Shown here piece after piece: positions 11,316-23,879 of a stretch of DNA of 64,000 bases. Source of the stretch: Hydrurus foetidus (lineage: Eukaryota); assembly GCA_900617105.1 (NCBI GenBank), contig UYFQ01000460.1:1-64000 (forward strand), read 5' to 3'. The notes under the pieces are model-generated. The model made no database searches. It was not told the origin of the DNA and saw only the letters and a list, made by a program, of their open reading frames with translations. The position numbers and the translations under genes are program-made. Position 1 is the stretch's first letter. Every line of letters begins with the position of its first letter.

Positions 11316-13623
11316 TATCACATTGCCCACTTATGCATTTTCTGAACGACACTGACGCACCTATTCGGCTGTATACGGACGCTTCCGACTATGGTATAGG
11401 CGGTGTTATGTTCCAGATCGTTGACAGCATATGGCGCCCAATCACATTCGTCAGCAAGTCCTTCAACGCCACCCAATCTCGTTGGTCAACGATACAGATG
11501 GAGGCATACGCAATCTTTCATTGCTGCCAATAAATGGACACTCTTCTCCGAGACCGGGTGTTCACTATACACACACAGATCACCTAAATCTGACGTATAT
11601 GAACAACATTCCCAACTCAATGGTCACTCGCTGGTCCATAGCGATGCAAGAACTGGACTTCAAGATCCATTTCGTGCCAGGCTCCCAGAACAAATGAGCA
11701 GACACCTAGTCCCGCCTTTGCCCTAATCTCATGGAACTGGCCATGGACTACACCCCTCGGGTAATGGACGCTCCAGATTTCATCGTAGCCGCACTCATCA
11801 CCTGCCCACTCGCTTCAGAAGAGGAGTCGGAGTGGATGGAGCAAGCCCACAACTTCCGCGTCGGCCACGGCGGCGTAGACCGTATGATGCAGAAGCTTGG
11901 CCTCATGGGCCGTTGTTGGCCGTACATGCGCAACCACGTCCGGTTATTCATACGGTATTGTCTGTGCTGCCAGAAGATGAGTGCAGTACGCATCCCTATC
12001 AACGTACACAACTTCACCACAGCGGGCGAGATACTATTCGACATTCTCAACATCGACTTCATCGGCCCCTTCCCCGACGGCACACACGTGCTAGTCATCG
12101 TCGACTCATTCTCAAGATGGACAGAGCTGTTCCACTGCAAGGAAAGTACGGCAGAGTCAGCATGACGCTGTCTTCTGGAACACTTCGGTCGTTTCGGTTC
12201 ACCGAGCCTTATCCGTTCCGATCGAGGAACACACTTCGCTAACGAACACCGCACAACCTCTCACTGGCCTACTCAAAGGAGGAGAACTTCATTGTGGAGC
12301 GGGTCAACAAGGAGGTTAAGCGCCACCTACGCTCATTTGTATTCGAGACACTCGAGATGGACCAGTACAAGCTCTGCCTCCCATTCGTCCAACGGATCAT
12401 GAACAGCTCAATACATGGCTCCACAGGAGTGTCACCGGGTAACTTATTTTTCGGCAACTGCCTCGATTTGAACAGAGGCATCCTCACGCAATTTCAACAA
12501 GCCCTCCCACGCACCGGACAGTCCAAGAGATGGCGCAGGAGAACGCGGCCCAACGCTTAACGGATCAGCTGGATCCAACCGTATTTCTCGTCGGTTCGTA
12601 CGTACTAGCTCAGTACGCTACAGGCCCGACACACACGCTGGCAGGGCCCGATGGAGGTGATCTCCCATCGAGATTCAGAGTATGTACTCTGGAACATCGT
12701 CTCTGAAAGGACTAAGAGGATCCACGCTTCAAAGCTCAAGATATTCCTGTTCGATCCGGCCAAAATAGAGCCAATGGATTCGGCGCGCCGCGATTACATG
12801 GAGTTCTATATCGAGGCGATCACAGCGCACAAAGGCAACCCCAAGAAAGTCTCCACACTAGCTTAACTATAGTGAGGAACACAACTCATGGGAGCCATGG
12901 AGTGCTCTGAGACTCACGGACCAGCTGCACACCTACCTCAAGAACGTCGGACTGAAGGCGCTGGTTCCATACAACCTGCGTGACGAAGATATGCCGGTGT
13001 GAGATTTTGCTCAAAATTTAGCCATTTTTTTCACCCTACGTGGATTTTACGGTTTTAGTCAGTGAAACCTGACATACTCACACTCGGTCAAGATCGCTGC
13101 TGTCGGACGCACGGACACTCCCTCGGAGGACCTGTCCCAAACTCTCTTCTAGACTAGTTATTCTTCATCATTTTTCAAACTCTTGATGTAATTTTTCTGC
13201 TTTAGTTTTAGTTCAAATATTTTTTTAAGTTACAGTTAAGTGGTGTAAAAAGAGAGAAGCGAGACTTGGGTCGTTTCCGAAAGGAGTAAGTGGGGGTAAT
13301 GTGATGGTACAGGATTTAGTACCACATTCCTACCCTCTCTAGTACCGTATAGCCGTCTGTACATGTGGCTGAGAGTCCTTCTGACATCTCGCAGCTTGTT
13401 AGCTTACCTTGCAACCTTTGCATGCAGAGTTTTACACCTCTGCAAGCTCATCCCCTCTCACACCGTTGTAAGCTAAACTACTTTTCTTCACCTCTTCTAG
13501 CTTCTTTGGACTACAGAGCCCACATTCAAACTCATCGTGAATTCGGACTACTTCTGTTTTCCGTTGTCCGATCCCCGATTACCCCGGCAACTACCGGCGA
13601 TCCCTTCACCTAATTGGACATCA
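11316..13623 (+). mobile_element. 5'-truncated, decayed Ty3/Gypsy chromovirus: RNase H, integrase, chromodomain, 3' UTR, PPT, 3' LTR
   Basis: LYTDASDYGIGG and RWSTIQMEAYAI (RNase H); AHN..VGHGG...CLCCQ (HHCC); NIDFIGP, VDSFSRW, RSDRG and VERVNKEV (integrase core); FYIEAITAH...HNSWEPW (chromodomain). Several stops and frameshifts. Confidence 0.95.
13300..13623 (+). repeat. 3' LTR of the first Gypsy element
   Basis: Starts TGTGATGG directly after the purine tract AAGTGGGGGTAA. End placed at ...GGACATCA by analogy with the two other LTR ends in the window. Confidence 0.7.
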
Positions 13624-14643
13624 AACAAATAGCTACACTTGTAGCAAATGAAACCTAAAAACTAGTATGGTGGGTGGGAGGAAACAAAAAATTCCACAGC
13701 AAGACTAACTCGAAAAGGCAAAGTTTATTTCAACGATGTGAACTACTCAGCACAGAGGAGGCCTGCTACCTCAATTTGACTATCTCTCAACCTCGCATCA
13801 TATTGAGACCACCGTCTCACCGCTCCCTCCCCTCTATCTTCCGTTACCATGCCAGTCTTCATTTTCATTTCCCATTTTTCATTTTCACCCATATTTTTCC
13901 TTTTCACTCTCCTTTTTCAATTCCGACCCTAACCTAGGCCTCCACATCCCAACCCCCGCTATCACATGATTTAAGCGCAATCACCCCACCCCTCATACTG
14001 ATGTCTCCCAAACTTTATCCAGGTGCAACCGGTGCCTGTCATGCAGCACTTTTGAGTGATGTCAATAGGGTCGGGTATACTGCTCTTAATATTCTCAGAA
14101 AAAGTGATAGAGTCTCTACATCCCTGCGAACAAGAATAGTCTCGGAACTTATGTAAGGAAGAAAAAATCATGCAGAACGAAAAGGCATCAAAGTCCGGCA
14201 TGCGGAAAATTCGTTTTCAAAACCAGATAATTCGTATCCAGTTAGTAAAGGCAGTATTACAAAATATATAAAATAGACAGGATTGATGGTGACGGAATTA
14301 GATCATTTATTCAAGAGCAGAATATTGAAAAGGAGGCATGCATGCACTGGTGACGACAAAGATAGAGAGTGAGCTTCATTGATCCACGTCAAAGGTGAGA
14401 ACAAATGTCGGAATTCAAAAGATGAAAAGGCTGATAAACCACCTCAAAAGTTGCGTTCGTCATTAATTGTTATACCCTAGGAGAGAACGAAGGAGCGTTG
14501 ACGTGACAGTACAGGATGGTTGTTTGGGGACGATGCCCTCTTCTTCGAGCAGACTCTCCCAACGTGTCTGCGCAGTGAAGGCAATGCGCAGTAGGAATGA
14601 GGTACTAGGGAAAAGCTGCAAGATATGAAGAGAGCTACTTCTG

Positions 14644-17319
14644 TCAACCACCTTTCTTCGCTCCTTGGCTGTATGCCAGTGCCTCGATGTCCTCTCTACT
14701 CCTCTGCGGTGCACCTCTGCTCTGCATTCCTGTCACCGCCTCACCAGACACGATGCTGGCAGCACACATACGAAGCAGAGAGGTCGGAGGAGATTCTCTA
14801 GGTCTAGGGACCTTGGAACCATCATTACCTCTTTGATATTTGAATTGCCCTGATGGAGTGGCGAGATCATCTGTGCTACGTAGACTGTTACTCGAGAGGT
14901 TGCGTTTAGTAGACCATTCATTGAAGGTGCCCTGGGAGGTGGCATCTTTCCGATTGCTGCTCAATTCTCGTAACATATCGGTGGTACTTTGGGTGAGGTG
15001 GGAGTGCTTTATAAGATTGGAATCCTTATTAGGATAATTTCTGTTCAGATTCATAAGCCTCACCGAATCAGATGTGGTCTGTTGAAAGATGGGGTAGTAT
15101 AGGTCAGCATTGGATATTATTAGGTAGAAAGGGTGAGTGGAATTCAGTAAGAAATGGAATAGTTTAGAGTAAAGCGCAGAGGAAGGGATTTGCTCCATGT
15201 AATGATCACGTTGTTCGATAGAGATGACGTAAATGCCAGCGATGACGAAACTGTTGCTAGTGATAATGATGGCGATGTTGGCGACACTAATAGTGAGAAC
15301 AATTATGATGTGCTTCTACTCACATGGTACTTGTACACATCGTAGAGCAAGAGTCCGAAGTCAACGTGCTTGAAGAAAGCGTCCACCAGCACTACCTCGG
15401 AGGGAGAGGAAGGGGTGGTCGCTCTATGCACGGGTGGAATAGCAACCCGGTTAAGGTCAGTATCGGTGGCGGTGGTGGTGACAAGGGCAGGACCAGAGAA
15501 AGGGGGTGCTATTGATGCAAAAGCAAAGGCGCAAAGATGGATAGGGGCTGTCGGAGGAAGATGCGATGGGAGGGAATCCTCTTGGACACGCATTGCAGAA
15601 TGGTCCCTGTCAGTGCCCTCACTTTCTCCTCCAGGTGGAAGTAGCGGAATGAAACCGTACGGTCGGTATTTCTGTCCGTACTGAGAGAAGTAGGACGTCA
15701 CTGCTTCTCTGCAGGCCCTCACACTGTAGAATCCCTCCAGGGGGATTTTGTTGAAAATTGCACCTAGCACTGTAACACCTGAGGAAAAGTACGTTCAGAA
15801 TAGATGAGCCAACTTACAGAATTGACAAGAAATTTAAGTGCAATGCAGCGGTAGCTGTTATTATTGTCTTGTAACAATCTCCACCGTGTCAGTGCAATAA
15901 TGGTGGATGTACCGTAACGTACCGTACGACTCGAAGAACCTTGCGTTCATGTTGAAGGAATCCACCGCATCTCCCACTCCCGCCTTGCCCACTAACAGAA
16001 CTGGGCAGTCAAGCGCTTTGGCGATGTTCGCGTTTGAAAGGTTGCATATGGAGCCCACTCCAGGATACCCCACACCGTCCACTATCACGATTCTCTTCCC
16101 GATGCTGCGAAGTAGTGAAGCTCCATCTCAGATATCTCACTTCTCCAGAATTAGGAGGAATGAAGGATATTCTGAATGCATTTGCTGAAGAATTCCACAG
16201 CAATGAAACGAATGAAATTTATTGGAAGACATTTACCTAATTCTGTCGACAGCATCGACAGCTGTTTTGAGGAGTTCCTCAGCAGATGGCGTTTCTCCAT
16301 TCAGGTACGCTCTTGTGAAGCCTTTATAGAACACAACTGGACCTACTCCGCAATGAGCTATACCTGCACAGTCGATACATTGCAAATGTCATCTCTCGAT
16401 CAATTTCTCTAAGTACTGAAGAGTGAGAACTGTTTTTACCCATGCGTGAGCAGTATTCTGTGACCGGCTGTTCAGCTTCGCATTGAGTGACTGGCTGTGA
16501 TGAGTTAGAGCGCATTCGACATCATCCCCTAGGTGATCACAGTCAAATTCAGAACAGAATATTGCTAACCTTGATATACGCTATCGAGCTTGGCTGAATT
16601 CCCAGGCTGACAAGAGAAGCTAATATCGCCAGACAGGTCGAAGATTTACCCACACTAGATTTGTCGCCCGATAAAAACAGTTTTAATGTTTGAAATTCCT
16701 CGCCATTTCCTCCATCAATGACATTATCAGTACTAGACGACTTTTCAGTCCGATGAATATGTGGATCATCGTCCACAACTTCCATATCGCGTAATGTGCT
16801 GCTGCCGTTTCTCGTTTCATCAGGCTGCTGAAAAATTTGCGAGACGACCATTGTCAGGTTGGACTCGTCGAATGGTGCGCTTGCATCACTGACGTCAGGG
16901 AACAGTGAATTTTTTGAGCTGACTGTAGGTTGTATGTTGCTCCTTAAGGATCGGAGACCTGCATTTTTGACACGATCGAGAATCGACTGTAAATCGCTGC
17001 TGAAAGAACCATCACTGCTCAGAACGAAGTTGTGTTCGACGATACCCCCTCGCGAGAATATTGCAATCGATGGTAGCCTCCTTGAATGCAGCCTATCGAT
17101 AATGAAATCCTCGGCCTCATCGCTGCCGTTTACGGTGATATGATAGAGGTCTGGCAGGCCCTCGTGTAAATTGGCAAAAGCATTGCTGATGACTTCTCTG
17201 TCCTTATCAGCTCTCTGTTGATTCGCCCATGCAGCCTCAAAAATCCCGATTGTGACGCTCTCAATTGTAGAGATCATACTGAAGTTCGTAATACTAACCG
17301 GTATCACAGAAAGACTCAT
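14644..17319 (-). CDS. Multi-exon BioD/dethiobiotin-synthase-like (AAA_26) P-loop protein with a thioredoxin-like N-terminal extension
   Basis: Spliced exons give LFLSGDKSSVGKSS (SIMIBI P-loop), AYIKP, VIVDGVGYPGVGS, AKALDCPVLLV...GVGDAVDS and LGAIFNK. The last exon ends RSREDIEALAYSQGAKKGG. The start codon (17319 vs an upstream alternative) is uncertain. Confidence 0.85.
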
Positions 17320-17735
17320 AGTTTCGATATCTGATTGCTTCGGATCACTACTACAGCATTTATTCAAAAAATTGAAGAGCGATACAAAAAGTCCGCTGTG
17401 CAATGCCAGCTGGCATCCGCAGCTTGAGAGTTCGAATGGTTAGGTCTGGAATAGACGATAGGAGTCAATAAAATTGATATCTACCTATCAGTGAAATAGT
17501 GAAATACTGCTGCTAATCCGCTGATCCTCACTGCTGGATATGGTCAGTACGTACTGTAGATAACGTACGCTACTACACCTACGTCATCCTATCTCATCTT
17601 TATCTCTGTGATGAGGTGTACTCTTTACTTTGGCAGCACTTCGACCTTCGCTGGTTGCAAATTGTAAACCTGATCGCTTGACTGACTCTGTAAAGCAGTG
17701 TCTCAGTGCAAGATCCGGTGGTATTGTCTGGAACC

Positions 17736-18906
17736 ATGTACTTTAATGCGTTGTTGATTGCTGTGAGTATTTCTTTTCTCAGCAACGGTGACGCACTCAG
17801 ATCATATCATTTGAAGTTTGGCAACAGCCTAGCCACGCGGTCGTTGCATCACAAAAGCCGATCCTTCTTCATATCAGCTAAGAAGTATGATGACGCTGAG
17901 CTTGATGGCGGATTCAGGAAGATAAGTCCTGATGGTGATAAAGAGGTTTCAGTATCAGTACCTACAGATGATGCTCCCGATGAAGACAAGAGCGATGTAA
18001 AAGAGGGAATGAGAGTAAAGTTGAAGGATGAGATTTCCTCTCCATTTCGAAAAGTGCGGCAGTTTATCTATACAGGCATGGGCTTAGCAGGAGCACTAGG
18101 AACAATAACTGCAGCACCTCAGCTTCTTTTTGCCGTTCAAGATGGTGGTGACGGTGCAGTTACAGCAGTAACGAATGTTGCAATTGATGTTGGAGCTGTA
18201 GTCCTCGCAGCTGTGCTTTGGGACAGAGATGCCAAGGCGGAGAAAGTCAAATTGGAGAGATACACGAAGAAGGAGAAGCTATTAAGCTACCAGATGACTG
18301 CAACAGATAAAGAAGATAGAGAAAGAGAACTTTCGTTGCTGCCAATTCAGATTCAGATATCCGAGAAGGATGAGAACGCAACAAGAATTGTGGCACTGGG
18401 TGAACTGCAATCGAAGGGGAAGCAGAATATCATTATTGTGGCGGGAAAACGTGATTTTGTAAGAGACGCAGTCATATCAGCGAAAATAGAGGGTGCTGAC
18501 TTATTCAACTCAAAAGAAATTTATGTTGTTCCTGTCGTGCTCGAGGACGACCAGCTTGAGGCTGCTTTAGCAAAAGGCTTTGGGGCTGCAAAGGAATCTT
18601 TAATGAGCGCCCCTTACATTGGAAAACCCATGCAGGTAAGCTCAGTGCATCCTGCACTATCTTAACTTTTAACAGTTTAATCAGCGTTTAATTGACCTCT
18701 TCTCATCATTATATTATCAGATAAGTGTGTGGGAAGCTTATTTGAAGAAGGAAACTGATTTAGCTGTGCTGCAGGGAGAGGTGAACATAGTCAAGAAAGG
18801 AATAGTAATCGCTGTGAAGCGTAACGGCAAAGTGTTACGGAGAGGAGTGGGCATACCTCCCTGGAAAATAATCGCGGAGGATTTGCAAGAAAAATTAAGC
18901 AAGTGA
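17736..18906 (+). CDS. LPA1: LPA1-like (DUF3493) photosystem II assembly factor, plastid-targeted
   Basis: Signal peptide plus basic/Ser-rich transit region, LKDEISSPFRKVRQFIY followed by two TM helices. After intron 18636-18720 the C-terminus reads NGKVLRRGVGIPPW. Confidence 0.85.
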
Positions 18907-19646
18907 TATGCTGCAACTTCATCCACCACCACACTTCCGATCTGTGAAGACCGCACATAATGTATATTCTTTCTTGTGTTGCCCCTCCATGCAATGGGAA
19001 ATCAGTTTATGCTGCTCCATCAAGCGTATTAGGTCCTAAATACATGATACGACTCTCTCTCTATCAGTAGCCGAGCATATGATACAAGTGTTATAGTGGT
19101 TTCTTTCCGTAGACGTCTGTGCAAATAAGAGAAACGTTCTCTTACAATGTTCTAGAGAAATAAGCAATTTTCCGTATCTCAACCAAGGCTTCTCCTGATT
19201 TATCGGACACCAGTGCGGGTCGTTTGAGATACGTTGCATTCCAAACATGCAAGAATATGATTTTCATGATTCATATGAAATGGAATGTAGATGTATTGTC
19301 AGTACAATACTGGTGTCAGATCGTGGACTGGGCGGGATGAAATAAATGCAAACTTCTTGCGACTGAGTAGCACAATCACGTAACAGTAGAGACTTGCGAT
19401 CTTTCTGTTGGCAGTCACAGGGACAGTTTGCATTCATCGCAAAGACAATTAAGAAGTCAAGATGATTTGTAATTTCATCATAAATAATAAATATACCCTA
19501 CACACAGCCTACACTGATCAAACCTCTGTCTACCCGCCGTCACCCCCACAAGTATACGTACGTTCATGACTGCAAATTGCTGATCAGTGATTGATTAGGT
19601 TACACATTACACTGCAAGGCCGAGCATTATCTGTCCTGTCGAGCTA

Positions 19647-22600
19647 ATGTTGCTCCTAGAAACTTTCGCATCTTTTCTCGCAAATGAGTTCTCCAGCGAA
19701 ATCCCGGATGTTGCTGTTCGCAATCTCTCATGCTTACAGCTGGTTATCGAATCAAAGGGCCACTCGATTAGACACGCCACGATAGAATTAATCAGCGAGA
19801 AGTGCAGAAAATTTCGTTTGCAAGTGAAAGCAGATCTTTTTCATATAGATGAAGAAACATTCGCGACGGAGCAGCGCCGTGTTGCTGTAGCTGATTATAT
19901 TCTGCGGAACTTCTGCGCTTCTTTGGCTAGCCTATCATCGTCCAGTTGTTACATTCCGATCATACCACCAACGATTGACCAGAAAATTCTTCGGAGAAGC
20001 TATATCAACGTTTCCAGAGTCGATGGGTCTGTAAGCATTGAGTTTAGAGTACTTGAAATTAGTGCTGAAAACGCTCAACAATTTTTCCTTCGGCAGTTGC
20101 CCTCTCTTGTGAGCCACTGGATATCGTGCAGTAAGGCAACGTGTTCAAGATTAGTAGCACACTGGCAGAGCTTTGAAGATCAAAATGCGCTCAGGGAGTT
20201 GGTATCAAAAGCTGGAGTTTCCTTCGTTGCTGATGGATCGCTGCTACCTCGAGCAGGTGAAAGAATGTACTCGTCACTCCTGTGGAGAAAATGTATCTTA
20301 AGAGAAACACGTTATCTGAAAGCCTCACGAAATCTAATGCTACACTAATTAAAACTTTAGGTGGCAACGATGATCGACCACTCAGCAGTGACAGCGTGGT
20401 TCCATTTGAAAGCCCCGCATCTCTCCGAGCTGACTTCATTCTGCCCCATAGAGGGAAGATATCCGGAATGCTTGTTCCTAAGGGTGTGACTGTCATCACA
20501 GGTATGCATTTCTTCTTTCTTACATCTTGTACTATGCAACGCTTATCTTATCGACAGCTGCAAATCTTGTAATCAGCAGCACATACTCAACTAGTATCAC
20601 ATCACAACTATAATTTCAACTGTCTGATTTTATGATATACGATAGGTGGGGGTTATCATGGGAAGAGCACTATACTAAATGCCATTAAGATGGGCATGTA
20701 CAACAAAATTCCCGGAGATGGTAGAGAATTTGTCGTGACGGAACTCTCCTGTGCAGCCATTCGGTCCGAGGATGGCCGATATGTTTCCGGTAAAATCTCA
20801 ATTTCTGATTAAAATACTTTCATTTGATCATCAGTAAATTCAGTGTAACGTGACATCTCCTGATTAGAGTATCCAAATTGATATTGTATATTTGCTGATT
20901 AAGCAACATTCTACCTGCCACTCATAGGGGTGGACATATCTCCCTTCATCGATAATCTTCCAGCAGCGGCTAAGATCGATCCTTCTTTCTTCAGCACGAA
21001 TTCTTCATCTGGTTCGACCAGCATGGCAGCAAATGTGATAGAATCCATGGAACTTGGACCGAAGCTATTCCTACTCGATGAAGACACCTGCGCAAGGTGC
21101 ATACTTGACTGATGCAACTTGAATCTACAGCTATTTGCAAGCAGTGTAACACTTCCATTTCTTCCATCTTCTTGAGAGGAGACTGTGTCTTTTCTTGCCA
21201 CCTCATTCCAACACCTTGCTGCGGTCATATTGTACCATACCCCCCTTCACTCATACTTCTCTCTCACACACCCACACACACATTCACACACACACTCTCT
21301 CCACTAACGATGCACTGCTTCTCTGTGCTCTCAGCAACTTCATGGTGCGGGACAGCCGAATGCGGTCTATGATAGCTAACGAACCAATCACTCCGTTTAT
21401 CTACAGAGTCAATTCACTTTACAAAGAAAAAGGTGACAACCCAAACATGTATCTCCCACACACATCACTGCATTCTACAGGCCCTCCGAACATCAATACC
21501 ACTGCTGTGCAATACCGTTGATAGAGGACTTGAACACTTTAATCCACTAGGAATCAGCAGCATTGTTGTGATTGGAGGAAGTGGTGACTGGTTTGACGTC
21601 CAAGACACCACCATTATGATGGATAACTACGCTTGTATTGATGCCTCGAAGAAAGCAAGGAGCATATGCAAAACATTTTGCACTGGACGTGTTCAGTTCA
21701 ACGGAAGGGGTCTAGTCCACCAATTGCCCTGGCCTGAAAAAGAGTCTTCGAAAATAATTGAAAATGAAAGTCACGATTATAGGATGGGTGCAGTCACTGG
21801 ATATGAGAGTGCGCTCAAGAGTGTAGCAAAGAGATCTCCTGGAAGAGTGCTGACTGATATTGTTCTGCCCTCAGGGTTTCTAGAAGGAGGAAGCGTGTAC
21901 GCATCTGCAGATGGCAACAGTGTGACTTTCTCATCTCCTCAAAGCAATCACAAAAAGCACATTCTACTCGGAAATAAGCGCAAAGCACAAGTCAGTGTTG
22001 ATAATTTGCCAGACGTGCACTGTCCGCCTGATCCCACTAATGGTAACAACTCATCAGTGGCTAGGAATATGGTAGTAGATTTATCAAAGTTAGAGCAGAG
22101 AATCGTCTCTGAAGAAGGTTCTATCGGAATCGCTTTTGCTGTTATATTTGTCAAAGCTGTCTTGAAGGGAGGAGCTGTCAAGCATCTCGTTCCTACTGGA
22201 AGGAACGGAGAAGCCGGGGAGGAGAATGAGTCGGAGTATTCAAGTAGCTGTGTGAGGAAAGTCTATGTCAGACCCAATCATGTTTCGCATTGCGAAGCAT
22301 CAGTGCCATCCAATGATCAGCTTTCAACACTGCTTGCTCGCTTTTACAAACTTCGCTCTTGCTGGGGAGATGCAGCAGCGGTAGTCTATCGTCCCAACTG
22401 CAGCACTCATTGCGACTCGACAGCATGGGAAGCACGGAAGGTAACATATCCGAATGATGTGAGTAATGGCTGCTCAGCGTCCATCACATCTCCTAGTGAT
22501 GTGCTCCATGAGGCTCACTCTTCGCAGCGGCAGCATCAACTGCAGCAGCAACTCGATGCCGACCTGGACATTGCACGTAGAATACACACGCACTTATTGG

Positions 22601-22692
22601 GCAGCCAAGATTTTATATGGCCCAGGCTGACCGAGGCAGCGGCATCCATCAATAGACTACGAGGTGCCACTTTCGCCACCGAAGAGATATGA
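19647..22692 (+). CDS. Soluble ABC-class ATPase of the COG3044 / Pfam ABC_ATPase family
   Basis: Six exons (19647-20256, 20361-20501, 20646-20789, 20928-21096, 21335-21432, 21551-22692) give FVADGSLLPR, ITGGGYHGKST (Walker A), IPGDGREFVV, RSEDGR, SGSTSMAAN, LLDEDTCASNFMVRD (Walker B), EPITPF and IGGSGDWFD. Confidence 0.92.
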
Positions 22693-23383
22693 GTGCTTTG
22701 AGTGTGCATCACTATAGGAATTGAATTTCAGAATATTATTAGTTGAAATTATTAGTAGAGCATGAACACCGTGCAGTGTAATGTGACTGTCACATAGGCT
22801 AGATTATCAGTTTCATTGCATGAGTTCAGTTGCCACAACTGCAGCAGCAGCACAGCTATCTTACTCGATGGGGCCATTATTTTATGTTCTAATTTATCTT
22901 TATGGCCAAATAGACAGAGAGCCGCTCCTCACTGAAGTCCATTTGATTCTGTTACACTCAATTAATACGAAATGATTTCCTACATTAAAGGAAAATGAAT
23001 CTCAAACTAGGCTTTACAAACGACAAAAATGAACTCAAACGAACTCGGCTTCCGACTTCTTGTCCCTTCGGGTTATTTGCATTTTTTTACCATACGACAT
23101 CAAATATCGGTGTAATTAGTGGCTACATATATGCTATGAAGTATCTGCGTGATTGCCTCATAATTGAGTTTATGCAAATTTGGCAATAAGCCCATAGTCC
23201 ACCAGTTAATAACAATCAATTGTTGGCACGGGGCAGTTTTGAAGTACTTTACATCTTGAATCAAATCCATCGGAATGAGCAGGAAATGATGAACTTGAGG
23301 TGGAGCGATGGAGAAAATATCTGAATTCAACTCTTACAACACAATAAAAGCTCCTCCAAACCCCAACCATGGAACCTGACGGA

Positions 23384-23480
23384 GTGTACCTGTCGTACGG
23401 GACGGCTGGACGCTGGACGTACGCGTCTAACACACGTATACGGTATTTTATATTTTCAGCCGTCCCGTACGACCGTACAC
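23384..23480. repeat. Short inverted repeat / mini-MITE upstream of HSF
   Basis: Perfect 17-bp arms GTCGTACGGGACGGCTG (23392-23408) / CAGCCGTCCCGTACGAC (23457-23473), extended by outer GTGTAC/GTACAC. Confidence 0.85.
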
Positions 23481-23526
23481 CGCACAGTGACGAACCCGAA
23501 CCCTCTGTGGCAAGAAATAGGAAATA

Positions 23527-23541
23527 GGAATGTTCGCGAAA
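23527..23541. promoter_or_regulatory. Canonical three-unit heat shock element (HSE)
   Basis: gGAAt-gTTCg-cGAAa matches nGAAn-nTTCn-nGAAn, ~340 bp upstream of the HSF ATG. Confidence 0.65.
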
Positions 23542-23879
23542 AGAAATCCGTTCGAACTCGGTTCGAATATCTCAACATGAAGAAAATCTGCGTACGAAAG
23601 GAGGAACGCCACGTCAGAAGACTCTTGATGAGATGTATCCTTGCCATTTGAAAGTTCCATCTCTCCATGAAAATTTACCTAGGAAGAACTTCATGACGTA
23701 TTTGAAACCCAGTTGACACATTAAAACCTCCGCATTCATTACGTCGACTGCTCCTGGTATCTACTGAGCATAAGCAATTTTCTACTGAGCAACTACGCGA
23801 GCCCTCCATCAGTCCCACTATCCTCCGACCTTCTATTGAACCAAAACGTCTCATACGAAAATATCAACCGATCCCGAAG

